A stretch of 63,203 nucleotides of DNA from a virus (taxonomy: Duplodnaviria > Caudoviricetes), in IMG/VR virus record IMGVR_UViG_3300043436_001856, positions 1 to 63,203 of that record, one strand, 5' to 3'. Under the pieces are notes generated by a model. It searched no databases. It saw only the letters and a program-made list of their open reading frames with translations, and was not told the origin of the DNA. Position numbers and translations under genes: made by a program. This document shows positions 45,144 to 54,889 of this stretch, piece after piece. The first letter of the stretch is position 1; each line of letters begins with the position of its first letter.

Positions 45144-45320
45144 TTATTGGTTGACGTCTGCCATTGCTAAGTTAACCATTTTTAATTGAATTCTTAAATC
45201 TTTAATTTCCTTTTCCTTAAACCCCAATTCCTTTTCCAATTTCGTAATCCTTTCAATTAAGCATTCGTTTTCAAGGCGAAGCAAATATTCCTGACCCATT
45301 AAATATTGATTCTTTGACAT
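45144..45320 (-). CDS. Small coiled-coil protein (copy B)
   Basis: Orthologue of 13546..13719. Confidence 0.7.
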   Translation of the reverse strand: MSKNQYLMGQEYLLRLENECLIERITKLEKELGFKEKEIKDLRIQLKMVNLAMADVNQ

Positions 45321-45407
45321 AAGGTTTGTTTTAAAAAGCCGCCCAAAGTTCCCCAAATTACTATCTTTGTTTTTTTAATATTAAAAAATGCTTCAGGCGG
45401 CGTACGT

Positions 45408-45566
45408 TTATAATCGGTTTAATTTATCCTGTTCAATTTTATTGTCGGCTTCTTCTTCGTCTTCGTCTTCGTCTTCTTCTTCCCAATCGCAATGTTCTAA
45501 GCAATCCGGGCAAATGTCAATTTCAGGGTAATTGGTGTGCGCACCACAACAAGTTGAATATGGCAT
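45408..45566 (-). CDS. Small Zn-finger/acidic protein (copy B)
   Basis: MPYSTCCGA...ICPDCLEHCDWEEEDEDED. Confidence 0.75.
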   Translation of the reverse strand: MPYSTCCGAHTNYPEIDICPDCLEHCDWEEEDEDEDEEEADNKIEQDKLNRL

Positions 45567-45567
45567 A

Positions 45568-45720
45568 TTAAATGTTTTCAATTAAAGCGGTTAATAATAA
45601 AGCTGCGCCCATAATAATAAAGAACCAAACCATACCCAAAGAATCTTTGGTGTATTGCTTTTGCATTGCTGCATAATGTTCTAATTGTTTTTCTTCTTTG
45701 GTTTTTAGTCTGTTTGCCAT
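45568..45720 (-). CDS. Small membrane protein (copy B)
   Basis: Orthologue of 14219..14371. Confidence 0.7.
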   Translation of the reverse strand: MANRLKTKEEKQLEHYAAMQKQYTKDSLGMVWFFIIMGAALLLTALIENI

Positions 45721-45779
45721 TGTATAAGTTTTAAAATGTGCGTTGAACAGTCGCACCCCTGCGGGGGATAGGTTAATAA

Positions 45780-45983
45780 TTATTTATTTATAATTGCTAT
45801 ATCAAAAAAATCGCTTTCAGGATAAGAAGCAAAATTAAAATTCTTATTCCAATAGTTTGCGTTTTTTTGTGCGTTTTCTAATTTTACGCTGCCATTACCA
45901 TATTGAGAAAAAGAACCGTCTTTTTTAACCAATACAACTGTGTAATTGTATTTTGTTGGTTTTAATTCGTTAATTGTTTTCAT
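45780..45983 (-). CDS. First gene behind early promoter 1, copy B allele
   Basis: 67 aa, no visible similarity to 14425..14658. Confidence 0.65.
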   Translation of the reverse strand: MKTINELKPTKYNYTVVLVKKDGSFSQYGNGSVKLENAQKNANYWNKNFNFASYPESDFFDIAIINK

Positions 45984-46002
45984 TGTAATTGCTTTGTTTC
46001 CA

Positions 46003-46035
46003 CAAATATAACACAGGTTTTATACAACTTCCAAA
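46003..46035 (-). promoter_or_regulatory. Early promoter 1 (copy B)
   Basis: TTTG-N21-TATATTTG. Confidence 0.75.
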
Positions 46036-46092
46036 CATTTTGCAAAGTTTTTTCTAAAATTGTGACGAACGGTAAATAATAAGGATAAACGG

Positions 46093-47244
46093 TTAAGCGA
46101 AGGCGTAACGCCCTGAACCGCGTTTGATATTATGGTTTTGCCACGCTAAAGCCAAAGCCATTACGGTATCGTCGTGGAATCCTGAAGGCGCTGAATACCT
46201 TACGCCGTGCGAAGTAAACTGATATTCAAACACGTCCAATTCGTCCACAATAACCCCTTCAGGGAATCCGATTCGTCCCTGTTGGATCGCTGAAGCCAAA
46301 CCTTCCATTAACTGTTGTTTGGATTGACTTGTAAATTTCAAACCTTCAATATTTACCCCTTCGCGAAGTAAGTCTTCAAGTATCGGGTCGCCAACCCCTG
46401 TTGAATCCACTACAATTGGCGCAGGCGGCAACCTTTTAATTGTTTCTTTGGTGTTATGCCAATCCATTTGAAAGCGGTCAAAATACGCCACGTTGCCGTC
46501 CTTATCCAACCCAATAATAACTGTGTAATCCACAGACTTTGCAAGGTCAATGCCATAACAAACAATCGGTTGCGCTGAAATAGGTTTGACGCAGCGTTTA
46601 ATGAATGCGTTGCCAAAAGGGTTTGCGCTATTCTCGGACGGGTTCGCCATATATTCCTGTTCAAATACAACTTCAGGTAATTGAATTCGTGCTTCGTCTA
46701 TTTCGCGCGGGTTAATATGCGGGTTGTCGTACGTACTAAATTTAAAGCTTTGCCAATCGTTTTCGCCCTGTTTCATAAACAAAGAATAAAAGAAGTTTTT
46801 CCCACGTGGCGTTGAAAGGAATACCGCCTTCCCTTCGTAGTCGGTCAACGTTGGGCGTATGCTATTATTCCAACCGTCTTCAAGGTCAGCAATAAACGCG
46901 GCTTCGTCCACAATAACCAAATGAAACTTACGACCGCGCAAGTTGTCTAAACGTTCACCTGTAAAAAATTCAATTGACCCTTCGTTGGGACAATATATTT
47001 TAAGCTTTTTAATATTGCTTTTAAATGGAAGTACCTTTGACAATCGTTCAAAAAATACTTCAGCCAATCCGTATGTTGGCGTAATGTATGCAACCTGTCC
47101 GCCTTTTAATGCTTCTTTGATTATTAGTATTTGCGACAATTCAGACTTCCCAAAACGACGTCCGCACATAACAACGATATAACGCTTATCGGCGTTCAAA
47201 ATCTTTTCCTGATTCGCGTGAGGTGTTGGAAGTTCTATGCGCAT
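46093..47244 (-). CDS. terL: Terminase large subunit (copy B)
   Basis: Same motifs as copy A. Confidence 0.93.
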   Translation of the reverse strand: MRIELPTPHANQEKILNADKRYIVVMCGRRFGKSELSQILIIKEALKGGQVAYITPTYGLAEVFFERLSKVLPFKSNIKKLKIYCPNEGSIEFFTGERLDNLRGRKFHLVIVDEAAFIADLEDGWNNSIRPTLTDYEGKAVFLSTPRGKNFFYSLFMKQGENDWQSFKFSTYDNPHINPREIDEARIQLPEVVFEQEYMANPSENSANPFGNAFIKRCVKPISAQPIVCYGIDLAKSVDYTVIIGLDKDGNVAYFDRFQMDWHNTKETIKRLPPAPIVVDSTGVGDPILEDLLREGVNIEGLKFTSQSKQQLMEGLASAIQQGRIGFPEGVIVDELDVFEYQFTSHGVRYSAPSGFHDDTVMALALAWQNHNIKRGSGRYAFA

Positions 47245-47448
47245 TTATTTATTTTCCGTATCGTGTAAAGCAATAAATTGTTTAACTTCTTTTTGTTCTT
47301 CAATAAGTTTATCCCTTTTATTTATAATTTCTAAAAGTTCTTCTTTTTCTTCTTCTAATCTGTTAGTTATTTTTACAATTTCAGATTCTAAATATCTTAA
47401 TTCGTCGTGTCGTGTCGCCCATTTTAAAGCTTTAATTACGTGTTTCAT
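47245..47448 (-). CDS. Coiled-coil hypothetical protein inserted between terS and terL, copy B only
   Basis: 67 aa; terS and terL abut in copy A. Confidence 0.65.
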   Translation of the reverse strand: MKHVIKALKWATRHDELRYLESEIVKITNRLEEEKEELLEIINKRDKLIEEQKEVKQFIALHDTENK

Positions 47449-47469
47449 AGGTTTGTTTTTATAAAGATA

Positions 47470-47850
47470 CTACAAAATTGTTTTGCCGTCAACAAATACG
47501 ACTTCAATCTTCGTGTCCTGTTGAACGTCAACCTGTTCTTTTGGTTTACCATAAACGCGTGACAATAAAGTGTCCATTGAATAAAGACTTCCATTATTCA
47601 TTGACTTAATGATTGCCTTTGCAACTGTCATTTCAAGTACAGTCGCGTCAGGGTTCTTTGTAACGGCTTCCAATTCTTTTGGTGTCATTGACATAAGCGC
47701 CTGAATTGAATCGTTTATTTCGGCTAATTTGTAACCCTGTTCTTTTAATAGGCTGACATATTTACGCGGTCGCCCGTTCGGGTTTGCCGTTTCGCCTTTC
47801 TGAAGAACCTTTAATGTCCCACCGTGTTTTTGTTTAACTTCCTTTGCCAT
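47470..47850 (-). CDS. terS: Terminase small subunit (copy B)
   Basis: Orthologue of 15921..16301. Confidence 0.75.
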   Translation of the reverse strand: MAKEVKQKHGGTLKVLQKGETANPNGRPRKYVSLLKEQGYKLAEINDSIQALMSMTPKELEAVTKNPDATVLEMTVAKAIIKSMNNGSLYSMDTLLSRVYGKPKEQVDVQQDTKIEVVFVDGKTIL

Positions 47851-47982
47851 TGTAATACCTTTGTTTTTAAAGATACCATTTTTAAGGACGCCAACGATAT
47901 AAATACCTTATTTGGTTGTAAATGGTCAAACCTGTGCTTATTTTAAGATACTTGTCGTTCTTATTCACCCAACGACAAAAAT

Positions 47983-48105
47983 TTACCTTCCCTGACCTTT
48001 GTACGCCTTTGGTCGTGGATTGTGTTTGTTATAACTTTTCTTCGCGTGTCCGCACTTTCTTTTTCCGAAATTAGTCTTTTGACTGTCGCCTTTAATCTTT
48101 GCCAT
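47983..48105 (-). CDS. 40-aa basic YKGQGR peptide (copy B)
   Basis: Orthologue of 16317..16439. Confidence 0.7.
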   Translation of the reverse strand: MAKIKGDSQKTNFGKRKCGHAKKSYNKHNPRPKAYKGQGR

Positions 48106-48349
48106 TTAATGCCTTTTTATGCTTATCTTTTAAATATTCCAAATGTGTCTTTGTGTCCCCCATTACGACGTGACAATAACGGCAAAGCGCCATTAAATTT
48201 TCAATCCTGTCCTTTTCTTTAGTTCCCCCCATTCCCCTTGCTTCTATGTGGTGAATGTCAACCGCCTTGTTCCCGCATACTTCGCAGGGAATAAAATCTT
48301 CTATTCCGTACCCAAAGTAATCCAAATAAATCTTAGTATAGTTTTTCAT
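48092..48349 (-). CDS. HNH endonuclease (copy B)
   Basis: Orthologue of 16426..16683. Confidence 0.85.
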   Translation of the reverse strand: MKNYTKIYLDYFGYGIEDFIPCEVCGNKAVDIHHIEARGMGGTKEKDRIENLMALCRYCHVVMGDTKTHLEYLKDKHKKALNGKD

Positions 48350-48515
48350 CAAATAGTACAAAGGTGAAAGCAACAAATATTAAGCCAATTGCAACTGAAT
48401 TATGGAATTGTGTATTTTCGTCAACCGCTTCGCCTATGTTTATGCCGAACAATATATTGCGCGGTAATAAATGAAACGAAATCCTAAAGTTGCCAAACTG
48501 AATAAAATATTCCAT
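48333..48515 (-). CDS. Small hydrophobic protein (copy B)
   Basis: Orthologue of 16667..16849. Confidence 0.6.
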   Translation of the reverse strand: MEYFIQFGNFRISFHLLPRNILFGINIGEAVDENTQFHNSVAIGLIFVAFTFVLFDEKLY

Positions 48516-48928
48516 TATTGGTTGTCAATTTGTTTTAGTTTTCTTTGCGCCCATTCAATACCTTCGTCGCCACCCCACGCCAACCACATTAACGCACCGC
48601 AGTCTGTTTTAGGGTCACCCTTTGAATTCTGTCTATGCCTTTCAAACGACGCCATTCGTGCTATTGTGTCACGTGTTATGTTTTCGCCACTTGCTAATTG
48701 GTTTGCACGCGCCCAACCGACAGGTGTACCGCAAGTTGACTTGTTTTCGTTTCTAATATTTAACGCCTTTTGTGCGTTTAGTATTGCCGCTTTTGGGTAA
48801 TCGTTGTATGAATTGACCATTGAAACCCTAATTGCCGCCCACGCCCTTTGCGCGCTTTCTTCTGTATCATAAATACAAGCACCTGACCCAATTCTGTATT
48901 TCCCGTTTGAACATTTAATTACCGGCAT
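48515..48928 (-). CDS. Conserved phage protein, diverged allele (copy B)
   Basis: Orthologue of 16849..17274 with a much more diverged core. Confidence 0.55.
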   Translation of the reverse strand: MPVIKCSNGKYRIGSGACIYDTEESAQRAWAAIRVSMVNSYNDYPKAAILNAQKALNIRNENKSTCGTPVGWARANQLASGENITRDTIARMASFERHRQNSKGDPKTDCGALMWLAWGGDEGIEWAQRKLKQIDNQ

Positions 48929-49922
48929 TGCTAATTAGTTTATTATAAATAGCAAAACGGCGCTTGTTTACTTCGTGTAAGTTGAAGTTCTTATTGCAGT
49001 ACTCGTATAACGCATTTCCGTAGCTTTTACGGGCGTCTGCGTCTTTGGTTAACAACTTGATCCAATAATACCAATCCTTTTGGCTATTGACGTGACAGGC
49101 AGGATAAAACCCCCTGTACGGGTGAACGTTGCTAACAATTGCCGGGTTCTTCTTTGCTGCGGTTTCAAGTACCTTCAAATTAGACTTCATTGAATTAAAT
49201 TTGGAATCCGCCAAAGGTATTAACGAAATGTCCGAATCGCAATAAGCCGCCATATATGAAGTCACTTCGTTGTAATTGTATATTTTAGGGTTCAGTTTCA
49301 ACCCGTTAGTAAATGCCGCAATCATTCCGTCCCAAATTGGCTTTTCGCCTTCGTTGTACCCTGCAATAACAGTTTTAACCGGGAAATTGATTCGCTTCAT
49401 TGGGTTGCGCAGTATTTCCATATCCTTACCGTGCGTTCCCGATCCTGACCAAAACAAACGAACAATGTCTGATTCTGTTTTAAAGTCTTTAAATTGTTCT
49501 TCACCGTATGGAATCGCATTTGGTAATATTTCAACATTCTGATTGTATTGGTAAACTTCATCCGCCAATCGTTCGTGCGTAACTGTGCAAAGGTCGGCAA
49601 TCTTAATCCAATTTATGATCTGTTGCGGTACGTTATTTAGAACATATCGTTCGTAAAGTATATGCGAAGGGTCTAAATGCCAATAATCGTCGTTGTCAAC
49701 TATTAATTTAAAACCGTACTTTTTTCGCCATTCAGACATTTGTTCGGGCGTTATGTTTGCAAGCATACGATTCATAACCACAATATCATAATTACCTTCA
49801 AATGTTTCTTCGCTTACTGTATCGGTCATTAAACAATAATCCTTCTTCATATTTACCAACGGCATCATAATTCTATGATAACCAACCCCACTTGTTTTGC
49901 TCGTAATTGCTAAAATTCGCAT
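48915..49922 (-). CDS. Glycosyltransferase GT-B-like (copy B)
   Basis: Orthologue of 17261..18268. Confidence 0.8.
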   Translation of the reverse strand: MRILAITSKTSGVGYHRIMMPLVNMKKDYCLMTDTVSEETFEGNYDIVVMNRMLANITPEQMSEWRKKYGFKLIVDNDDYWHLDPSHILYERYVLNNVPQQIINWIKIADLCTVTHERLADEVYQYNQNVEILPNAIPYGEEQFKDFKTESDIVRLFWSGSGTHGKDMEILRNPMKRINFPVKTVIAGYNEGEKPIWDGMIAAFTNGLKLNPKIYNYNEVTSYMAAYCDSDISLIPLADSKFNSMKSNLKVLETAAKKNPAIVSNVHPYRGFYPACHVNSQKDWYYWIKLLTKDADARKSYGNALYEYCNKNFNLHEVNKRRFAIYNKLISNAGN

Positions 49923-50599
49923 TTAATCTTTTTTTCTTTATGATAAATTGGTTGGTATTTTTCCCAAACCGCCTGTGCGCGCATTAAACTTTCGTCCTTC
50001 ATTCTTCTGTATTCTGTGCCATTACCAACGTCGTGTCCGATATGTTCAGAACGTAATTCCGGTAAATAGTAATTAGTAAACCCGGCAATGGTTGCGCGTT
50101 CGCCGTAATCCCTGTCCTGCATTCCGTACGGGTCGTATTCTTTGTTATATCCCCCGATCGTGTCAATTAGTTCCCTTGTAAGGAAGTTATTCCCAAAAGG
50201 TGTATGCGTTTTATGTATTCCATCAACCAATGGCGGCAATTCTTCAACGCAATGTATTCCAATAATCCCTGTTTTTGACACACGTTTTGAAAACATAACC
50301 CAATTTTTAAGCCAATTGTCAGGAAGTAGTATGTCATTTGCCAATATACAAACGCCGTCGTATTCCTGCGTAATGGCTAAACCTAAATTAACACCTGCGG
50401 CAATCCCCCTTTTATGTAGTGACCAACTTGCAAAATGCCAATTGTAATATGATTGTATTTCAGAAAACTGTTCGTCGTCGCTTCCATTGTCAATAAGATA
50501 ACAATGCGCGTCGTGACCGCTATTGTAAAAATTCTTGTCAATAACCTGTTTCGTCAGGTCTGCCCTATTTTGGGTTAATAATATTACGGCTATATTCAT
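49910..50599 (-). CDS. GT2-like glycosyltransferase (copy B)
   Basis: Orthologue of 18256..18945. Confidence 0.8.
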   Translation of the reverse strand: MNIAVILLTQNRADLTKQVIDKNFYNSGHDAHCYLIDNGSDDEQFSEIQSYYNWHFASWSLHKRGIAAGVNLGLAITQEYDGVCILANDILLPDNWLKNWVMFSKRVSKTGIIGIHCVEELPPLVDGIHKTHTPFGNNFLTRELIDTIGGYNKEYDPYGMQDRDYGERATIAGFTNYYLPELRSEHIGHDVGNGTEYRRMKDESLMRAQAVWEKYQPIYHKEKKIKCEF

Positions 50600-51068
50600 T
50601 TATTCCAATTTTACGTGCGGGAACTCCTGCGTATTTAGTAAATTCTTCTGTTTCACCTTTTATAAATGCACTTGCGCCAATCATACAACCGCGTTCAATT
50701 CTCGTAAATTGATGCAATACTGCGTTTAATCCAATGTTTGAATATTCATTAATAATTGAATGTCCGCCTATTTTAGCGCCGCAACTTATTGTCACATTAT
50801 TCATAATAAAACAATCGTGACCAATATGCGCGTGCTTCATAATAAAACAATTATTTAGAATTGTCGTATTGTCTTCTGTACCTGCATCAATTGTAACCAA
50901 TCCTGTAATAATATTATTGTAACCAATATAAACTTTGCCTTTTGGCTTGTCCCAATGCTTTTTGTGTTCAGCCGGGTCACCAATAATGCAATAAGCGCCA
51001 ATGTAATTATTGTCGCCTAAAATAACGTTGTCGCCAATTATGGCGGTTGGGTGTATAAAATTTGCCAT
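50565..51068 (-). CDS. LpxA-like acyl/acetyltransferase (copy B)
   Basis: Orthologue of 18911..19417. Confidence 0.85.
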   Translation of the reverse strand: MANFIHPTAIIGDNVILGDNNYIGAYCIIGDPAEHKKHWDKPKGKVYIGYNNIITGLVTIDAGTEDNTTILNNCFIMKHAHIGHDCFIMNNVTISCGAKIGGHSIINEYSNIGLNAVLHQFTRIERGCMIGASAFIKGETEEFTKYAGVPARKIGINEYSRNIINPK

Positions 51069-51388
51069 TATTTTTTTGGTTTACGTCCACGTTTTTTTGG
51101 TTCTTCAACTATAAAAGTAATAATTACTTCTTCGTTGTTTTCTATTGGTAAACTTTTTGGTTGTTGCTCGTACCATTTGTACAAACGCATAATCATTTCG
51201 TACTTACAAGCGCCGCACCAAACAGACAATAAAAAATTAGGGTCTAAATACAATCTGTAAATGTGTTCGTACATTTGAAGTTCTGACAATTCAAGGTTTC
51301 TAATAAACCCGTTCTTTGCAGTTTCATAATTACCAATATTGGCTTCCAACCAATTGCGGTGTTCTTCTTTTATTTCCATAAATTCCAA
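51068..51388 (-). CDS. CxxC hypothetical protein (copy B)
   Basis: Orthologue of 19410..19766. Confidence 0.6.
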   Translation of the reverse strand: MEFMEIKEEHRNWLEANIGNYETAKNGFIRNLELSELQMYEHIYRLYLDPNFLLSVWCGACKYEMIMRLYKWYEQQPKSLPIENNEEVIITFIVEEPKKRGRKPKK

Positions 51389-51609
51389 ATTAATTTTGAT
51401 AAAATTGGCGCTAAAAATCCGGCAATAAACATTGTTGAAGTAATGTTTTGGATTAATTCAGGTGCGAAATAGTGTATTGGTGCAAGCCACGCAGCCAAGC
51501 AACTTCCGCAATTAAATGGCTTGAAATTTGCCTTCCATTTAAAGGGAAGGTTATGTATATCGTTAATAAATAGTGATGCACAGACGGCGGTTATAATTGA
51601 TAAAATCAT
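51370..51609 (-). CDS. Small CxxC membrane protein (copy B)
   Basis: Orthologue of 19748..19987. Confidence 0.65.
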   Translation of the reverse strand: MILSIITAVCASLFINDIHNLPFKWKANFKPFNCGSCLAAWLAPIHYFAPELIQNITSTMFIAGFLAPILSKLIWNLWK

Positions 51610-52106
51610 TTGCGTATGTTTGTTTTCATTAATTTTTTGGTTTTATTTATAGTCCTTACGATTGACATATACGGAATGCCTGTTTTACGGCTTAATTCTT
51701 TAGCGTTCTTCTTAAAGTCAATCGCATAAAGCTTCAATATTTCCTTATTATACCAATGTAAATCATCTAAATTCCTTTCAAGTTTTTCAAACAATTCTGT
51801 CGGTTCTTCATTTAATCGTGTCAACTCCCTGTTTACTTCGTTACCTACAAACTCCGTGTAATTCCTGTAATTTTTAAAAAATGTACTTCTGTCGCTTTTG
51901 ATCATATTTAACATAGTTCGCACAATGTAAAATTTTAATTCGTTTCGTTCGTACATTCCAACCAACTTTGATTCGTCCATTTCACAAAGAACTAAAAAAA
52001 CTTCAGCTTTCAAATCGTACTGCAATTCTTCAGGTTGCATTTTTCCAAAGGCGTCGTTTACTTCCTTTGAATCCCAATATTCCGCTAAAATTTCATTTTT
52101 GACCAT
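51606..52106 (-). CDS. Sigma-factor-like protein (copy B)
   Basis: Orthologue of 19984..20484. Confidence 0.7.
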   Translation of the reverse strand: MVKNEILAEYWDSKEVNDAFGKMQPEELQYDLKAEVFLVLCEMDESKLVGMYERNELKFYIVRTMLNMIKSDRSTFFKNYRNYTEFVGNEVNRELTRLNEEPTELFEKLERNLDDLHWYNKEILKLYAIDFKKNAKELSRKTGIPYMSIVRTINKTKKLMKTNIRK

Positions 52107-52399
52107 TCAATTAAAGTTGGTTTATTATCCACTTCAGTACAAATATACACTATTCCGCCACATTCGTAAATATCTTTTAACCTTTCTTTTTGTTCGACGC
52201 TTAAACGATCGCCAATCTTTTTAACTTCAACCGCTACATAAACGCCGTTTTCTGTGTATCCTTGTAAGTCCGCCCAACCTTTTTGAATCGTCCCTTTACG
52301 TTTACCAAATGGAATATTGTTTACCCTGTTCAACCTGTACCCGATACATTCAAGGTTTGTTTTTGCCCATTTTGTAAGATCGTTTGCTGATATGTCCAT
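52085..52399 (-). CDS. VRR-NUC nuclease (copy B)
   Basis: Orthologue of 20463..20777. Confidence 0.8.
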   Translation of the reverse strand: MDISANDLTKWAKTNLECIGYRLNRVNNIPFGKRKGTIQKGWADLQGYTENGVYVAVEVKKIGDRLSVEQKERLKDIYECGGIVYICTEVDNKPTLIEWSKMKF

Positions 52400-52525
52400 A
52401 CTTTTTGGTAAAATTCTTTTTTTAATTCGAGCCTGTTTTGCCTTGTTTGCACTTCAGGATAATTTGCATAAAAGTCGGTAAAATTATCGGTATAACAATA
52501 TTTTACAGTACCAAAGTGAGTATAT

Positions 52526-53269
52526 TTAATTTGATAAGTTTTCAAAATATTTAACTAAAGCTAATTTTTTACATTGTGTTTCAATAAAATCTTCGTTTTT
52601 TATGCTTTTGCTGAACTGTTTTGCATCCAACGGGTGCATCTTATTAAGCCTTTGCAAATTGTCTTCGCGCACTACCTTAATTGTGTACAAAATTTCTTCA
52701 GGCGTAAAGTTTAACTTCTTCTGTTTCAATAAGATAGCAAAAACCTTATCCGCATTAAATACCTTGTTAAAATCCTCACGCTTACCATTTAACCATTCGT
52801 TCTTTGTAAACTCAACAATCTGATCGTCTGTTAATTGCGGAACGGGCGGTTCATGCGGCGGTGGAATATTTTTACGTACTTCGTTTGCTTTAGCTTTATA
52901 GGCATTCATTATTTGGGATATGTATTTAGGTGAAAACTTTTCAAAATGGTCTGTATTGCAATCAAAACGACCTTGTACTGCCATTTTAAACGCAATCCTG
53001 AATTCATTTATTGTAAAATGCGGGTAAGTTGTACGAATATAGTCTTCGATAATATCCAATTCCATTTTGTCCGGCAACCTTGTTAATCCAATCAAAGTGA
53101 AAATATATGCCAATGTGCTTTTCAAATTATGCACGTCAACAACTGCTAATTTTTCGCCTTTAAATGCTTCAACAATTGGTAAATCTTCTTTAGCTATTAA
53201 CCCAATCGGATAGTCCTTCCATTCGTTTGCGGCTTGCGGCAGTTGGGTCAGTATTTTTTGTATTTCCAT
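52526..53269 (-). CDS. Replication accessory protein (copy B)
   Basis: Orthologue of 20904..21647. Confidence 0.5.
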   Translation of the reverse strand: MEIQKILTQLPQAANEWKDYPIGLIAKEDLPIVEAFKGEKLAVVDVHNLKSTLAYIFTLIGLTRLPDKMELDIIEDYIRTTYPHFTINEFRIAFKMAVQGRFDCNTDHFEKFSPKYISQIMNAYKAKANEVRKNIPPPHEPPVPQLTDDQIVEFTKNEWLNGKREDFNKVFNADKVFAILLKQKKLNFTPEEILYTIKVVREDNLQRLNKMHPLDAKQFSKSIKNEDFIETQCKKLALVKYFENLSN

Positions 53270-53894
53270 ATTTTATGCGATTTTGTAACCACGTATTCAC
53301 GCGGCGTTTAATATCAAAAAACTTTTCTAATTCATAACGCAATTTACCACTTTTTGACGGTTCGCACCAATAGGCAATAAATTCTTCGTAAGATTCAGCT
53401 AAAGTATTTTTATAAGGTTCAATTAAAATTAAAAAGTTTGTTTGTGGGTCAACCGTAGGTTGAACAGTTATAATACTATTTACTTTACTTTCTTTTACTT
53501 TACTTTTCTTTTCTTTATGGTCGTTACGAACACTTTTGTAATGCGTTACATTTTCCGCAATGTCCTGATTTTCACGCCATTGTGAAATTCTTTTAAGGTT
53601 TTTTTCTTTTTTTATCTTGTACTTTTCACTAAAGTTTAGCAATTGTTTGTTGAAAGTTTCACCATTGTTTGACGAAATTATGTCAATACTTTCCATAAAG
53701 TTCCAACATTTTTCAAGTTTTTTGCCAACCTTTAATTGCATTTTTAGCACTTCAGTATTAACAGGTTTTTCCTGTTTAGCTAACTTTTCAAGGATCGTAT
53801 AGAACAATCCTAAACCTTCATATCCGTACTTCATAAAAAGCAAAGCAACCTTTTCGTCTTCAAATGCATTGCTATCGTGTAAAAAATATTTCAT
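53190..53894 (-). CDS. Replication initiator (copy B)
   Basis: Orthologue of 21568..22272. Confidence 0.7.
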   Translation of the reverse strand: MKYFLHDSNAFEDEKVALLFMKYGYEGLGLFYTILEKLAKQEKPVNTEVLKMQLKVGKKLEKCWNFMESIDIISSNNGETFNKQLLNFSEKYKIKKEKNLKRISQWRENQDIAENVTHYKSVRNDHKEKKSKVKESKVNSIITVQPTVDPQTNFLILIEPYKNTLAESYEEFIAYWCEPSKSGKLRYELEKFFDIKRRVNTWLQNRIKYGNTKNTDPTAASRKRMEGLSDWVNS

Positions 53895-53897
53895 AAT

Positions 53898-53983
53898 AAA
53901 AAAGGGTCGCGGGACGCCGGCAAATGGTACTTGCCGAAAATCCGTTGACCCAATATATTCCTAACTGCGTTGTACCATAACGC
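53898..53983 (-). ncRNA. Structured kissing-loop leader RNA (copy B)
   Basis: Same architecture as 22275..22361 with a CGGCAA/TTGCCG stem. Confidence 0.7.
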
Positions 53984-53989
53984 TTTTAA

Positions 53990-54421
53990 TTATTTCCTGT
54001 CTGCAAATATAATGCTTTTTTCAATTCTTTTTTCAAGGAATGCAATTTTATTTCTGAACCAATCTGCGGTGTCAATTAAATCCTTTGCTGAATTGATATT
54101 GTACATTACTGTCGTATGATCGCCAACCCCAATGTATTGCCTTATTTCGCTTAATGACAAAGTCGTGTATTTTCTGATTAAATACGCAGCCGCCTTCCTT
54201 GCGTCAACAATATTTTTGGTTCGGCTTCTTACTGACATATTAACGTCAAAAATTTCCTCAACAATCAAAGATATTTTCTTTGCTTCATTTGACAATTCAG
54301 GGTCAATAATAACTTCTTCCTGTTTTATTAAATTGTTTGCCTTCATTATATTGTGCAACAGTCTTAAACTTTGTCTGTGCGACTTATAAAAGTCTAAAAT
54401 TTCGCTTTGTAATGTTTGCAT
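53990..54421 (-). CDS. DnaA domain IV-like protein (copy B)
   Basis: DHTTVMY signature. Confidence 0.8.
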   Translation of the reverse strand: MQTLQSEILDFYKSHRQSLRLLHNIMKANNLIKQEEVIIDPELSNEAKKISLIVEEIFDVNMSVRSRTKNIVDARKAAAYLIRKYTTLSLSEIRQYIGVGDHTTVMYNINSAKDLIDTADWFRNKIAFLEKRIEKSIIFADRK

Positions 54422-54424
54422 AAT

Positions 54425-54673
54425 CTAAAATTCTAAATCGTCGTTATAAGGTTTGAATCCGGTTGTTTCGTTATTTACAGGCTTATTTTGCGCATCTGTC
54501 GGCGCAACGTAAGTATCTTCATAAATTTTGTAATCAGGGTGTTTTGCCTCTGTTTTGTACGAATTAACCCACATATTGTAACGTTTACCGTTAATTGCGA
54601 AATTAATTACTTCTTTCCCATCTTTTGTGGTCTTTTTCCAAGCACCCCAATTTTCTTTTTTTACTTCTGACAT
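54425..54673 (-). CDS. Small SSB-like protein (copy B)
   Basis: Orthologue of 22803..23045. Confidence 0.55.
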   Translation of the reverse strand: MSEVKKENWGAWKKTTKDGKEVINFAINGKRYNMWVNSYKTEAKHPDYKIYEDTYVAPTDAQNKPVNNETTGFKPYNDDLEF

Positions 54674-54678
54674 TATGT

Positions 54679-54888
54679 TTAGTTTGTGGAATCTTCTGAT
54701 TCCGGTTTAAAAAATACGGCTTTAAAATTACATTCTTTTTCCCATTTATTTAAGAATGTTCTTAATTCGCTATAAGCTTCGTGCGAATACCAACAATAAT
54801 GGTAAACTTCAGCTAATAACATTTGACGTTCCATTGGAAGCAATTTTTGCATTCCGTTTTCTAAGTCTTGATAAGTTTCTTGTTTCAT
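54679..54888 (-). CDS. Hypothetical protein (copy B)
   Basis: Orthologue of 23047..23262. Confidence 0.7.
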   Translation of the reverse strand: MKQETYQDLENGMQKLLPMERQMLLAEVYHYCWYSHEAYSELRTFLNKWEKECNFKAVFFKPESEDSTN

Positions 54889-54889
54889 A

